64,000 nt of DNA from an uncultured Eubacteriales bacterium (GTDB lineage: Bacteria; Bacillota; Clostridia; Oscillospirales; QAMX01). Of the stretch, positions 48,635 through 58,793 are shown piece after piece. Numbering within the stretch: position 1 is the stretch's first letter; every line of letters starts with the position of its first letter. Made by a program: the position numbers and the translations under genes. The notes beneath the pieces were generated by a model. That model made no database searches. It was not told the DNA's origin and saw only the letters and a list, made by a program, of their open reading frames with translations. The stretch covers positions 3,030-67,029 of the forward strand of contig CAUGMN010000002.1 in NCBI GenBank assembly GCA_959600635.1, given 5' to 3'.

Positions 48635-49675
48635 ATGGAGAGAACCATGTACGTGAACAATGCGTTGTCCGAAAGAAATTTGCCTGCGATTCCAGCCGAT
48701 CGGCAGGAGATTCTCCGCGTTTTGTCCCGCGAAATCTACGGCGTTCTGCCGCCGCCCGTGCCGGCCGCGGCGGAGATCGACTCGGAGGATAGCGGCGCCT
48801 ACGCGGGAAAAGCGACCGAGCGGCGGATTCACGTCTCATTTTCCGCTCCGCAGGGGACGTTTTCCTTTCCGGCGACCGTTTTGATTCCAAACGCCGTTCA
48901 CCGGCCGCGCCTGTTTATCCATATTGCTTTTCGTACGGCTGTGCCGGACCGGTATGTGCCGGCGGAGGAAATCATTGACAGCGGCTGTGCGGTGGCGGTA
49001 TTTTGCTATACCGACGTCGCGTCGGACGACGGCGATTTTTCCAACGGTCTCGCCGCGTCATATCCGCAGACATCCGCCGAGAGCAGCGGCAAAATCAGCC
49101 TCTGGGCATACGCGGCGCAGCGCCTGGCGGACGCGCTCGCCGCGTGGAACTGCTTTGACATGGATCGGCTCGCCGTGATCGGCCATTCCCGCCTCGGAAA
49201 GACCGCGCTTTGGTGCGCGGCGACAGATGAGCGCTTCGCGCTCGCCGTGTCCAACAACGCGGGCTGCTCCGGCGACGCCTTGACGCGCGGCAAGCAGGGA
49301 GAGCGCGTTGAGGATATCACGCGGAACTTCCCGTTCTGGTTTTGCCAAAACTACCGGCGCTATGCCGGGGCGGAAGAGCGGATGCCGTTTGACCAGCACT
49401 GGCTGCTCGCGGCGATTGCGCCGCGTCTCGTCTTTGTCAACGCCGCCGAGCAGGATCTATGGGCCGACCCCGAAAGCGAGTTTCTCTGCTGCGCGGCGGC
49501 GGGCGAATTTTATGAGCGGATGAAACTGGACGGTTTCGCCGCTGACGACCGGCCGCCTGTCCCCGGCGATTTTTTCGGGGCCGGGCGGATCGGCTTTGCC
49601 ATGCGGAGCGGCAGTCACTTTCTCTCCCGCGCGGACTGGAACGCGGCGATCCGTTTCTGGAAGGCGAAGGGATAA
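48635..49675 (+). CDS. Alpha/beta hydrolase, glucuronoyl esterase (CE15)-like
   Basis: The nucleophile motif GHSRLGKTALW resembles the CE15 G-C-S-R-x-G-K motif. Start is ATG 48635 or 48647. The family call is from memory. Confidence 0.6.
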   Translation: MERTMYVNNALSERNLPAIPADRQEILRVLSREIYGVLPPPVPAAAEIDSEDSGAYAGKATERRIHVSFSAPQGTFSFPATVLIPNAVHRPRLFIHIAFRTAVPDRYVPAEEIIDSGCAVAVFCYTDVASDDGDFSNGLAASYPQTSAESSGKISLWAYAAQRLADALAAWNCFDMDRLAVIGHSRLGKTALWCAATDERFALAVSNNAGCSGDALTRGKQGERVEDITRNFPFWFCQNYRRYAGAEERMPFDQHWLLAAIAPRLVFVNAAEQDLWADPESEFLCCAAAGEFYERMKLDGFAADDRPPVPGDFFGAGRIGFAMRSGSHFLSRADWNAAIRFWKAKG

Positions 49676-49750
49676 GCCGCCGGCTCCAAAACGGCGGAAA
49701 AAGCTGAACATGAAAATTCGTTTCACTGAAAACGTACGATATCGATAAAA

Positions 49751-49794
49751 AGCGGTTGCCATCAAACGTTTGATGGCAACCGCTTTCTTTTTTT
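49751..49794. terminator. Bidirectional rho-independent terminator between convergent genes
   Basis: 34-nt perfect palindrome agcggttgccatcaaacg/cgtttgatggcaaccgct, flanked by aaaa on the left and ttctttttttt on the right. Confidence 0.8.
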
Positions 49795-49918
49795 CGTGCG
49801 CAGAATCTGATGCACCGGCGGCGGTGGAGCGGGAAAAATGCGGCGGCGGATGGAACAAAGCGCTTTTTCCGCGAAGGCCGCGCTTTTTCGGCGATTTCCG
49901 CCGATACCGCCTGTCGCT

Positions 49919-51253
49919 TTACTCGGTAGGCGCCAGTGCGCGCCGCCGCCGGTAGACGAGGAAGCCAATCAGCAGCTGGCCGACGCCCTGCGCGAGGATG
50001 AGGATGGGAACATTGGCGAAAGTCAGGCCGAAAAGCGACAGCGCGTGCCCCTCCGTCAGCGAGATAAACCAGGTGGAGGCCGTCAGACCGATAAAGCCGC
50101 TGAGATTGACTAACAAGGTGTAGAAAACAAGATAATTGCTCTGGTCGGCCTGGGGGAGATTGATGAACGGCAGGTTTGCGTAGGCGAGGTTGATGCCGAC
50201 GCCGATCACATGCTGCGTCAGACGGACGGTCAGCATGAGCCATATGTAGTTTCCTTTGGTGATGAAGCAGTACAGCAGCATGGTCGGAAAGTGCAGCATC
50301 GCCGTGACGGCAAAGGTATAAAACCAGCCGCGGCGATGAATAAAGCGCCGCCAAAGGGGAGAGAGCGCGATCAAAAACAGCGCATAGGAGGCGTCGATCA
50401 TATTGATAAAGGTATAGCTGACGCCGATGTTTTCCAATAGGTAGTAATACAACGACGAGGAGGTGAAATAGGAGATAAAGGTCCATGCGGCGATGATCAG
50501 CATCGTATAGAAAAATTTTCGGTTCTGCCACGAGAGCGTAAAGACGTTTTTGACGCTGATGGTCGCCGCCTTTTTCGGATACGGGTATTCACGCGGCAGC
50601 AGCAGCACCGTGACGTCGGCAAGGGCGAGGAAATAGGCGATGAAGCGCAGCGTATAAAGCACATCGAGCTGTTTTGCACTGCCCGCCAAAGCGTCGGCTG
50701 CGAAACTCGATACCAGGAGCACAGCGGAGGAAATCGTCGTGCCGATGATCTGCTGGTAGGAAAAATATTCCGTCCGCACGCTGTTGGGAATAAAGTTCAG
50801 GTGCCAGATCGAATATCCGCCGCAGGTCAGCGCGTTGACAGCGTTGGCCACAAAGACGATAACGCCAAAGCAGACGACCTTGGTCGCCTTGTCGGAGACA
50901 AACAGCGGCAACAGCGTGACGCCGAGGATCAGAATGGTGAAATAGAGAAAGCGCGCCCCGGCAAGCAGATAGCGGCGCTTGGAAAAGCGCTCTAAAATTA
51001 ACGGCGCGAATACGGACAGGCAATTGGCCAGCAGCGGGAGAAAGTTAATGATACCGAGGTTGACGATATCGATGTCGTTGGCGACAAGAAAACCGGTGTA
51101 AAAAACGCCGGCTGTCAGATAGGTGATGCAGGAATTGAGGATGCTGGAAGCGAGCATGACGCAGCGCCCGCGGGCGTCGCTGTCGGAAAAGTGGAAAACG
51201 CGGAAAAAGCCGGTGTGCAGCACACGGGAGATCAAACGGATCATATAAACCAC
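49919..51253 (-). CDS. MFS-type transporter (possibly glycoside/cation symporter-like)
   Basis: 444-aa polytopic ORF with about 12 hydrophobic segments. Start is ambiguous (GTG 51253 or ATG 51244). Confidence 0.7.
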   Translation of the reverse strand: MVYMIRLISRVLHTGFFRVFHFSDSDARGRCVMLASSILNSCITYLTAGVFYTGFLVANDIDIVNLGIINFLPLLANCLSVFAPLILERFSKRRYLLAGARFLYFTILILGVTLLPLFVSDKATKVVCFGVIVFVANAVNALTCGGYSIWHLNFIPNSVRTEYFSYQQIIGTTISSAVLLVSSFAADALAGSAKQLDVLYTLRFIAYFLALADVTVLLLPREYPYPKKAATISVKNVFTLSWQNRKFFYTMLIIAAWTFISYFTSSSLYYYLLENIGVSYTFINMIDASYALFLIALSPLWRRFIHRRGWFYTFAVTAMLHFPTMLLYCFITKGNYIWLMLTVRLTQHVIGVGINLAYANLPFINLPQADQSNYLVFYTLLVNLSGFIGLTASTWFISLTEGHALSLFGLTFANVPILILAQGVGQLLIGFLVYRRRRALAPTE

Positions 51254-51397
51254 AAACCCTCTTTGTAAAATCAGTGCATAGTCAATAGAAAACGCCGCAG
51301 GAACAGAAGAAAGGCAGAAATATCGCGTGAAATGCCGGTTTCTCGGTGTTTTCAGCCGCCTATGGCGGAAAACAGACGAGAGGGTATGTGGTTCAGC

Positions 51398-52666
51398 TTA
51401 TTTTGACAGCCGCGCGGCGCGCCGCTGACGGAGGAAATCCTTGAATTTCAGGCGGTTTCCGTAGTGCAGCACGGAGCTGGAATAGATTTTGGCGCTGACT
51501 ATGCTGAGCAGAACGATGGCGATGGCCAGCAGGGCCAGCGAAATCACGACATCCAGCGCGGCGACATCTCCGTTTAACAGCTTAAACGGCACGATAAAGG
51601 GCGAGCAGAACGGGGTATATACGGCAATCTTCTGAATCAGACTGCCGGTCGGCGCAGCGAGAGCCGCGAAATAGCCGATATAGAAAGAGATCAGGGAGAT
51701 CATCATGACCGGCATCATCGCCGAATTAATATCCTCAATCCTGCTAACCGACGCGCCGCACGCGGCGTTCATCACCGCGTAAAGCCCGTAGCCGAACAGG
51801 AAATAGAGGCAGATCAGGATCGCCTTTGAAAGCGTCATCGCTGAAAGGCTGAGCGGCGCGCCGAACAGCATGAAACCATCCGGAATCAGCAAACTGTAAC
51901 AGACGGCGCCAAAAATCAGAATGCCGGTGAACTGCAACAGGCCGAGAGCGCCTGTGGCCAGGCATTTACCGGCCAGAATCCGTGACGGTTTCGCGGAGAC
52001 GACGAGCGTTTCCATCACCCGTGAGGTCTTTTCGAGAGCGACGGACATAGAAACGCTGTATCCGTAATAGTAAATGGCAAAGAACATCAGCATGGTGAGC
52101 AGAATACCCAGCGCATAGCCGCTGATATCCATATGTCCCGCCATTTCCGTGCGGACCGGCAGCGACAAAAGCGCCAACCGGGCGGCCTCTTCCGGCGCGC
52201 CGAGCGCGGCGAGCGAATCGGACACATAGGTCTCGGTCAAGACTTCCGCGACGCGGTCTGCGCTGATGCCGGACATAAAATTTTTCGTCGTCACCGTAAT
52301 CGATGGGTCAGGACCAGCCTGCTTTGCAACCACGATGACGGAATACTTTTCGTTTTCGGCCGTCTCGGCGAGATAGCTGTCCAGTTCCGCGGCTTCGCCG
52401 GCGACAATCTGCCATTCGGGGAACGCTTCAACGAGCGCTTCCCGGCCGTTGGCGATCAGCTTCTGATCGTCGATAAAGTAGCAGATCTTATCCTGAACGG
52501 CCGGCGCGTCGTCTTCGCCGCCGTCTCCGCTCAGCGCGGAGATAATGCGCGGCAATGCGCATAAAATCAGGAGCAGCGCAAGAATAATGATCGTTGAGAC
52601 AAGAAACGCCTTCTTGCGAACGCCGTCGCGAAAGGTAAAGGCAAAAACCGTAAACATCTGTTTCAA
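51398..52666 (-). CDS. ABC-2 type transporter permease
   Basis: An N-terminal TM helix is followed by a large extracytoplasmic loop and then a 5-6 TM bundle (NatB/ABC-2 layout). AAGGAGGT lies upstream of TTG 52666 (ATG at 52657 is an alternative). Confidence 0.75.
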   Translation of the reverse strand: MKQMFTVFAFTFRDGVRKKAFLVSTIIILALLLILCALPRIISALSGDGGEDDAPAVQDKICYFIDDQKLIANGREALVEAFPEWQIVAGEAAELDSYLAETAENEKYSVIVVAKQAGPDPSITVTTKNFMSGISADRVAEVLTETYVSDSLAALGAPEEAARLALLSLPVRTEMAGHMDISGYALGILLTMLMFFAIYYYGYSVSMSVALEKTSRVMETLVVSAKPSRILAGKCLATGALGLLQFTGILIFGAVCYSLLIPDGFMLFGAPLSLSAMTLSKAILICLYFLFGYGLYAVMNAACGASVSRIEDINSAMMPVMMISLISFYIGYFAALAAPTGSLIQKIAVYTPFCSPFIVPFKLLNGDVAALDVVISLALLAIAIVLLSIVSAKIYSSSVLHYGNRLKFKDFLRQRRAARLSK

Positions 52667-53001
52667 GGGCGGGTGACCTCCTTGTATTTTGGCGGATGAC
52701 CGGGGCGTCTGCTCAAAGCGGGGAGCGGCCGCGCCGAATCGGGTTGTCCCCTGAATCCGGCGAGGCTTCGGCGGAACAGGCGCGCTGAAAAGGGAGCGCC
52801 GGTATACGGCGGCGCTTGATGACGCGGCCGATCAGCGTGACCGCATACCGGTTGAACGGCGGCGCATCGCGCGGTCTGGCTCGCTTCTCCGCGCGGCGGG
52901 CGCCGACGCCGGTCAGGCGAATTTTGACAGATCTGGATCAGGCGGCCGCTAAGCGCCTGACGCCGAGTGACCTCGCGGTTTAGATTTCGCAGCTGCGTTC
53001 G

Positions 53002-53919
53002 TCAGTCTGAGTCCCGATCCGATTGCTGAGCGGCGAGGGTCTTTTCAATGAAAATCTCATGCAGCGACGGCGCGCGCAGCTCGTATTTATACGGGTATAT
53101 TCCGTTTTGCAGAAGCGTTTGCAGCAGCCGGTGCGCAACGGCTTCGGTTTCGATTTTATATTCCGACTCCTCCGCGCGCTCCTCGACTAAGACCGCGCCT
53201 GAGCAAGACGCATAAGCGGAGAGATCGGCGTCCGCGCCGATGATCAAGTTGGTACGCCCGTAGTTGTCCTTGATGCGGCGCAGATTGCCCTGCAAGATGC
53301 TGTGCCCGCGGTGGAGAATGACGAGGTTTTCACAGTATTTCTCGACTGTTTCCATCATATGACTGCTCATAACGATAGAACAGCCATCGTCGACAAGCTC
53401 ATGAATCAGGCTGTTGAGCACCTCGGCATTGAGCGGATCCAAGCCGGAAAACGGCTCGTCCAAAAAGATCAGTTCCGGCCGGTGAATCAGCGTGACGGCG
53501 AGCTGGAGCTTTTGCTGATTGCCCTTGGAGAGCTTTTCGGCGGTCATATCCAGATATTCGGTAATGCCGAGCCGTTCGCAGAGTCTGTGCGCCTCCGCAG
53601 TGGCGTCGCGCCGGGTCATGCCGTGCAGCTCGCCGAAATAGACGAGCTGTTCCAGCGTTTTTGTCTTCATATAGAGGCCGCGCTCTTCCGGCATATATCC
53701 AAAGCGAACCGTTTCGCGGGAGATTTTTTGTCCGTTCCACTCGGCAGTGCCGCTGTCCGCAGGCAGAATGCCGAGAATCATGCGGATCGTGGTGGTTTTG
53801 CCGGCGCCGTTCGTGCCGATAAGTCCGAAAACGCCGGGCTTGGCAATTTCAAAGCTCAGCCGGTCGACAGCGGTTTTGCCGGCGAATGCTTTGCTGAGTT
53901 CGGTGACGATTAAGCCCAA
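53002..53919 (-). CDS. ABC transporter ATP-binding protein
   Basis: Walker A GTNGAGKTT, signature LSKGNQQK, Walker B LIFLDEP. TTG start after GGAGGA. Confidence 0.9.
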   Translation of the reverse strand: MGLIVTELSKAFAGKTAVDRLSFEIAKPGVFGLIGTNGAGKTTTIRMILGILPADSGTAEWNGQKISRETVRFGYMPEERGLYMKTKTLEQLVYFGELHGMTRRDATAEAHRLCERLGITEYLDMTAEKLSKGNQQKLQLAVTLIHRPELIFLDEPFSGLDPLNAEVLNSLIHELVDDGCSIVMSSHMMETVEKYCENLVILHRGHSILQGNLRRIKDNYGRTNLIIGADADLSAYASCSGAVLVEERAEESEYKIETEAVAHRLLQTLLQNGIYPYKYELRAPSLHEIFIEKTLAAQQSDRDSD

Positions 53920-53920
53920 A

Positions 53921-54424
53921 TCAGAATCCTCCTTTTTCGTCGGGGCGATAGGAAAGCGTCAACTCCAAGCCGCCGCAGTCCAGTTTCGTGAGCCGGACGC
54001 CGGCGGATGCGAGCATGCGTTTGGACGCGCAAATCGCGTCCGTAGCCGCGTATTTGTCGGACAGATAGATGATCTCCGAAATTCCCGTCTGGATAATCGC
54101 TTTGGCGCACTCGTTGCAGGGAAACAGCGAGACGTAAATTCGCGCGCCGTCGAGCGCCCGGCCGGCTGCATTGAGAATCGCGTTCAGCTCCGCGTGGACG
54201 ACGTAGGGATACTTCGTTTCATTCGGCGCGCCCTGCCGCGCCCACGGATATTCGTCGTCGGAGCAGCCCTTCGGCAAACCGTTGTATCCGGTTGAAATGA
54301 TGATGTTCTGCGCGCTGACAATACAGGCGCCCACCTGTGAATTGGGATCCTTGCTGCGCTTGGCGGCCAGCAGCGCCACGCCCATAAAATATTCGTCCCA
54401 TGAAATGTAATCCGTTCGTTTCAT
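53921..54424 (-). CDS. Deoxycytidylate (dCMP) deaminase, ComEB-like
   Basis: Zinc motifs HAELNAI and PCNECAK; 167 aa. Confidence 0.85.
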   Translation of the reverse strand: MKRTDYISWDEYFMGVALLAAKRSKDPNSQVGACIVSAQNIIISTGYNGLPKGCSDDEYPWARQGAPNETKYPYVVHAELNAILNAAGRALDGARIYVSLFPCNECAKAIIQTGISEIIYLSDKYAATDAICASKRMLASAGVRLTKLDCGGLELTLSYRPDEKGGF

Positions 54425-54611
54425 CAGAAACAGCCGTCCTTTCGGGAGGATTTTGGACCAGTCGGCGGTGGAAAACCGATGCGCCGCGCCCTGTTTGCGA
54501 GAGCATAGAGCCTGTGGGCGCAGCCGGAAAAGCGCCGGCAGCGGCGCGATAATCCCGCGGTCTTTCGGCGATTCGCGCTTGCCGTGATGACATCATACGG
54601 GGTACAGAGCC

Positions 54612-55553
54612 TCAATATGCGGATGAGGGCTCTGTTTCGGAAGGCGTTAATTCCGTATGGCGCCGCTTTTTATATTCCTTCGGCGTGCAGCCGTAATATT
54701 CGCGGAAACGGCTGTGAAAGTAATTGACCGAGGAAAAACCGACGTGATCGGCGATGTCCGCAACCGAAATTTGGTCGTGCAGAAGCATGCAGGCGGCGTT
54801 TTTCATTCGCATATTGAGCATGTGCTGCGTGAAGGTGACGCCGTAAAACCGCTTCATAAAGCGCGCCGTTTGCGCGCGGCTGAGGTGGATAGACGCAGCG
54901 AGATCGGAAATCGATTGATCCTTTTCAAAGTAATTCATATTGAAAAATTCATCCATACGGAAACGGATGCCCGCGTCGTTGAGCGCGTAGCTCGGCTCCT
55001 CCGCGGTGTGCGGCGATGAAAAATATACAAGCTCAATGTATTTCATGAAGCCGTGGAGCGCTTCGCAGCGCTGACGGAACGTCAGATCGGCGTCCGTGCC
55101 GGTATCGCAGGCCTCAATCGCGCGGAGCTGAGCGGCCGTCGGCTTGAAAACGCGATAGGGCTTTGAGCTAAATTCGGCGCTGAGCACGGGAAACGCATCC
55201 GCAGGCCGGCAGTTCCGGCGCTCGGTGAGGAGCATTTGAAACAGCCGAAACGAGCATTCGCGCTTGGCGCAAACGGTGCGGTGATAGACCCCGGGGCGAA
55301 TGCAGAGCAGCTCTCCCGCTTCAACCGTCACCGTCGTTTCCTCCAAATATACCCGGATTGCCCCGGAAACCGCGAAAATCAGCTCGAAGTGCGCGTGAAC
55401 GTGCATGAACGCGTTGAGATGGTTGGTCGGACAGCCGTTAATCGTATAAAACAGCTTGTGCGGTATGATGAGCGCGACGCCCGCGCTGCCGAACGACGAT
55501 TCCACCAATTTAAATCCCGGCACTGTATTTTCCCCCGCATCTATGAAAACCAT
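54612..55553 (-). CDS. AraC family transcriptional regulator (cupin sensor + HTH)
   Basis: The N-terminal cupin-like half is followed by a C-terminal AraC double HTH (ISDLAASIHLSRAQTARFMKRFYG ... VADIADHVGFSSVNYFHSRFREYYGCTPKEY). Confidence 0.85.
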   Translation of the reverse strand: MVFIDAGENTVPGFKLVESSFGSAGVALIIPHKLFYTINGCPTNHLNAFMHVHAHFELIFAVSGAIRVYLEETTVTVEAGELLCIRPGVYHRTVCAKRECSFRLFQMLLTERRNCRPADAFPVLSAEFSSKPYRVFKPTAAQLRAIEACDTGTDADLTFRQRCEALHGFMKYIELVYFSSPHTAEEPSYALNDAGIRFRMDEFFNMNYFEKDQSISDLAASIHLSRAQTARFMKRFYGVTFTQHMLNMRMKNAACMLLHDQISVADIADHVGFSSVNYFHSRFREYYGCTPKEYKKRRHTELTPSETEPSSAY

Positions 55554-55730
55554 GACAGATTTGCCATGTCTGAGTCACCATGACATGTATCGATCTGCGC
55601 CTTCTCCGACGCGAAAGCTAACCTTATACATATTATATAACGGCGTGAGGGAAAATGCAAGCCGGCGGAGCAATTACGCTCCGCCGGCTTGCCGGAGATA
55701 CGGGATAGGAAAGGGATATTTTTCAGAAGC

Positions 55731-57200
55731 TTACTGTTTGAAGAGCGCGTCGATAGCGGCTTGGAGCTTCGTGGACATCATCTCGCAGACCTGTGCGGCG
55801 GAGTATTCGCCGCCCTTGAAGTAATCCACAAATTCCTCGGTGACCTCTCTGATGGTGGGGCTGTAACGCGAGGTCTGGCACTGGGCGACCGGGTACATCA
55901 CGTCGAAGATCATCTCGACGGATTCGTCGTCGCACATGTAATTGCGTACAAAAGCGCGAGCTTCCGCATCGTCGGTATGAGCGTCGCCAATGACGCCGAG
56001 CAGAAACGCGGTTTTCTCCCAATCCTGGTTACTCACGGGGATGGAGATGCCGAAAAGGTCGGGGATATAGTGCGGATATTCGGTGGCGTCCGGTCCCTTC
56101 GGGAACGGGATATAACCGTAGTCGTCGACGGCGGCGTTGTTGATGTTGTCGGCGTTGTTTCCGAAGTTGCCGCCCCAGAGGGCGATAAAGCCGAGGTTGC
56201 CTTCGCAGAACATCGTCCGGCGAGCGCCGTTGCTCATGCCGAAGGTGGCTTCGGAGAGATAGCCCATGCAGGCGTCGGGATCTGCCAGCAGCTTCATAAA
56301 CCATTCGGCCGCGGTGATCATCTTCTGGTTGGAGGTGCCGGCGAGCCACTTGCCGGTGGCCTCGTCCTGATACACGAAGGGGCAGCCGTTGGAGAGCAGC
56401 TCCTGATACTCGTTGGCGAGCGAGGCGTAGCCCTCGATGTCGTTTTCGCCGTCGCCGTCGGTGTCGGTGGAAATGGCTCTTGAAATCGTCTCAAAGGTTT
56501 CCCAGTTCCATTCGCCGCTGCGGACGAGGTCATACATCATCGTATCGCTGTAACCGACCTCTTGGAGCAGGCGCTTATTGAACGCGAGCGCGTGACCGAA
56601 GTCGCTGACATAGTATTTGCCGGAGAACGCTGCGCACCATACATGGCCCGCAAGCTCAGTCATATTGGTGAACTGAACGTCCACAATGTCGGGATTGGTG
56701 ATGTCAAGGCCGGCGTCCTTCATTTCCTGTGTTTCCAGAGGTCTCAAAAAACCGGCGACGGCGGGAGGACCCCAAAACTGTTGACGGGTGTCGATGCAGG
56801 AGGCGACGGAATCGCCGGCGATAAAGCTCGCGACCAGGGTCTCCTCGTCGACGTCTATGCCGGAGATGGTGCAGTTATAAGTGGATTCAATGTCGTAATA
56901 GAGATCCATCATTTCGGTTTCGAGCTGCGTTACCGGCTCCGGTTTCCAGGCGCGGCGCGAGTTACCGATCAGGAGTTCGTAGCCGTCAAGGTTTGGAACC
57001 TGCGTTGTGGCTTCTGTTGCAGGCGTTGTCTCCGTCTGTACATCCGGCGTCGTCTCAGAATGGGGTAGCGTCGTCTCAGAAGGGAGGGGTGTCGTCGCGA
57101 CGGTTGTCGGCGTATCGGTTCCGCCGCTTTGGCAGCCGACGAAACACGCCGAGAGCATGAGCGTAGCGAGCAGCAGTGCGAGAATCCTACGATACTTCAT
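55731..57200 (-). CDS. ABC-transporter-type extracellular solute-binding lipoprotein (carbohydrate family-like)
   Basis: Lipobox LMLSAC followed by a Thr/Pro-rich linker; 489 aa. No permease or ATPase genes are adjacent. Confidence 0.75.
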   Translation of the reverse strand: MKYRRILALLLATLMLSACFVGCQSGGTDTPTTVATTPLPSETTLPHSETTPDVQTETTPATEATTQVPNLDGYELLIGNSRRAWKPEPVTQLETEMMDLYYDIESTYNCTISGIDVDEETLVASFIAGDSVASCIDTRQQFWGPPAVAGFLRPLETQEMKDAGLDITNPDIVDVQFTNMTELAGHVWCAAFSGKYYVSDFGHALAFNKRLLQEVGYSDTMMYDLVRSGEWNWETFETISRAISTDTDGDGENDIEGYASLANEYQELLSNGCPFVYQDEATGKWLAGTSNQKMITAAEWFMKLLADPDACMGYLSEATFGMSNGARRTMFCEGNLGFIALWGGNFGNNADNINNAAVDDYGYIPFPKGPDATEYPHYIPDLFGISIPVSNQDWEKTAFLLGVIGDAHTDDAEARAFVRNYMCDDESVEMIFDVMYPVAQCQTSRYSPTIREVTEEFVDYFKGGEYSAAQVCEMMSTKLQAAIDALFKQ

Positions 57201-57265
57201 TTTCCGGTTCTCCTATCTTTTTCCGTATTTTATGATCGTGCCGCATGACGGCGCCGATTTTCTGT

Positions 57266-57294
57266 ATTGTATTACGGTACAAAAGTCGTTGCAA
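57266..57294 (-). promoter_or_regulatory. Sigma-70-type promoter of the solute-binding protein gene
   Basis: The minus strand reads TTGCAA, a 17-nt spacer, then TACAAT, about 65 nt upstream of ATG 57200. Confidence 0.55.
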
Positions 57295-57657
57295 GGCACG
57301 GGTGTCTCATGTTTCCGGAAAACAGTTAATTCCGTGCAGTGTTTTTTCTGCCGTTAAAATCGGTTGAAAGGCCCATATATGAGACGATAGTATGAATAAA
57401 TGACGAAATACGGTGGAATGTGTTCGATAAAAGTACAGAATGTATACACGAATGGTTGATTTTTGATTGAGCCTCCTTCTGAACCGCAACCGTCCTCTCA
57501 GCCGCATCCGCGCAAGCGGGCGCGGAGGAAATTCGTTTCTCGCATACCCGCCGTGCTCTCACGGTTTGGCGCTCGCCGGCGGTCTGAACTCTTTGCGAGC
57601 CGCAGCTCGTTCATCGCGGCATATAGAATCGAGAAACAGGAAACCGATCAAGAGGAT

Positions 57658-57681
57658 CCGGGCCGGGCGCGCCCGGCCCGG
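57658..57681. repeat. 24-bp perfect GC-only palindrome
   Basis: ccgggccgggcg|cgcccggcccgg, read directly. Confidence 0.9.
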
Positions 57682-57695
57682 TGGACAAGGCCGTC

Positions 57696-57735
57696 AAAAA
57701 AAGAGGCGGCAGACGGTAAGCCCGTCTGCCGCCTC
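57696..57735 (-). terminator. Rho-independent terminator after the lipoprotein gene (bidirectional geometry)
   Basis: gaggcggcagacgg-taagc-ccgtctgccgcctc (14-bp perfect stem). The A7 tract on the plus side gives a U-tract on the minus strand. Confidence 0.8.
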
Positions 57736-57776
57736 TTTCGTATCCGCGAGGTGTCCGGCCGCGCCTTTGTCCGAAC

Positions 57777-58793
57777 TCAGCTAAGCGGAACGACCGAACC
57801 CGTTCCGGCTGTAAACAGGATCTCCATGATTCCGTGAAATTCCGGCGTCTGATCGGTCCCGCCGTAGACGCGGAGATTTTGCGAATAGCAGCCCGCGTTT
57901 TCGGTCAGCTGGATCGTCATCTGAACGCAGCCGTCCTCTTCGGCGCAGGAAACAGCTCTGACAAAGTGATTGCCGCCGCCGATGGCCTCCGGCATAGCGG
58001 AGAGGCGGGTATTCGCCATTGTCAGTACGAGCGCGTGCGCCTCCGCGTCGTAGTCAATACGGGTGAGGGGCAGCGTTTCCCGCCCCTCGATACGCTCGGC
58101 GCCGTCAGCGGCGGAAAAGGCGAAGGCAATTCCGTCGTAACCGAGCCGCCAGCCGTCCAGGATAGGTTTCGTCCATGATTCGCCGACGGAGAAGCCGTCC
58201 GCAAATAAAGGCAGACCGACCGGAGCGGCGGCGTCAAAAACGCGCTCGATCTCGCCGTTGACCCATTTGAGAACGACGGCAGACGGAAAAGAACAGAGAT
58301 CCCCGTCCCGTTCGCTCAGATAAACCGGCAAAAAAACGGCGGTCTGAGTGCCGCTCCCATAAGCGCAGATTTGATAATCGGCGTAATCGCGCAGGAGGTC
58401 TGCGGCAAGGAGTTCGTGCGTAACGGCGTTCAGCGCGTCGACACAGACGCGCGCCTCCGTCCGGTAAAAGAGAAAATCCGCGTAATAGGTGGGCGCGAGG
58501 GCGAGAAGCTCCGCGCCGGGATGAAGCTCGGCCAAAAGCGTTTCCGCGTCAGCTTCGGTCAGGCGTTCGGGGGAAAGGGAACTCGATGCGGCGTCAGGGG
58601 ACTCGGTGATTCCGGTACTGTACGGAGAGTCAAAACGTTCAGGGAGTTCGGAGGACGACGCGGAGGCAGCGGCTAAGCTGTCGGATGACGGATCATCCGA
58701 CGGGGAGGCGTCACAGCCGCCGCGCGCCCTGCCGCTGCATCCGGTAAGAACGAACAGAAACAGCAATGCAAAAATCAACCTTGTTCTTTTCAT
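57777..58793 (-). CDS. Lipoprotein, function unknown
   Basis: Lipobox LFVLTGC followed by a Ser/Asp/Ala-rich linker. 338 aa; I recognise no family motif. Confidence 0.6.
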   Translation of the reverse strand: MKRTRLIFALLFLFVLTGCSGRARGGCDASPSDDPSSDSLAAASASSSELPERFDSPYSTGITESPDAASSSLSPERLTEADAETLLAELHPGAELLALAPTYYADFLFYRTEARVCVDALNAVTHELLAADLLRDYADYQICAYGSGTQTAVFLPVYLSERDGDLCSFPSAVVLKWVNGEIERVFDAAAPVGLPLFADGFSVGESWTKPILDGWRLGYDGIAFAFSAADGAERIEGRETLPLTRIDYDAEAHALVLTMANTRLSAMPEAIGGGNHFVRAVSCAEEDGCVQMTIQLTENAGCYSQNLRVYGGTDQTPEFHGIMEILFTAGTGSVVPLS

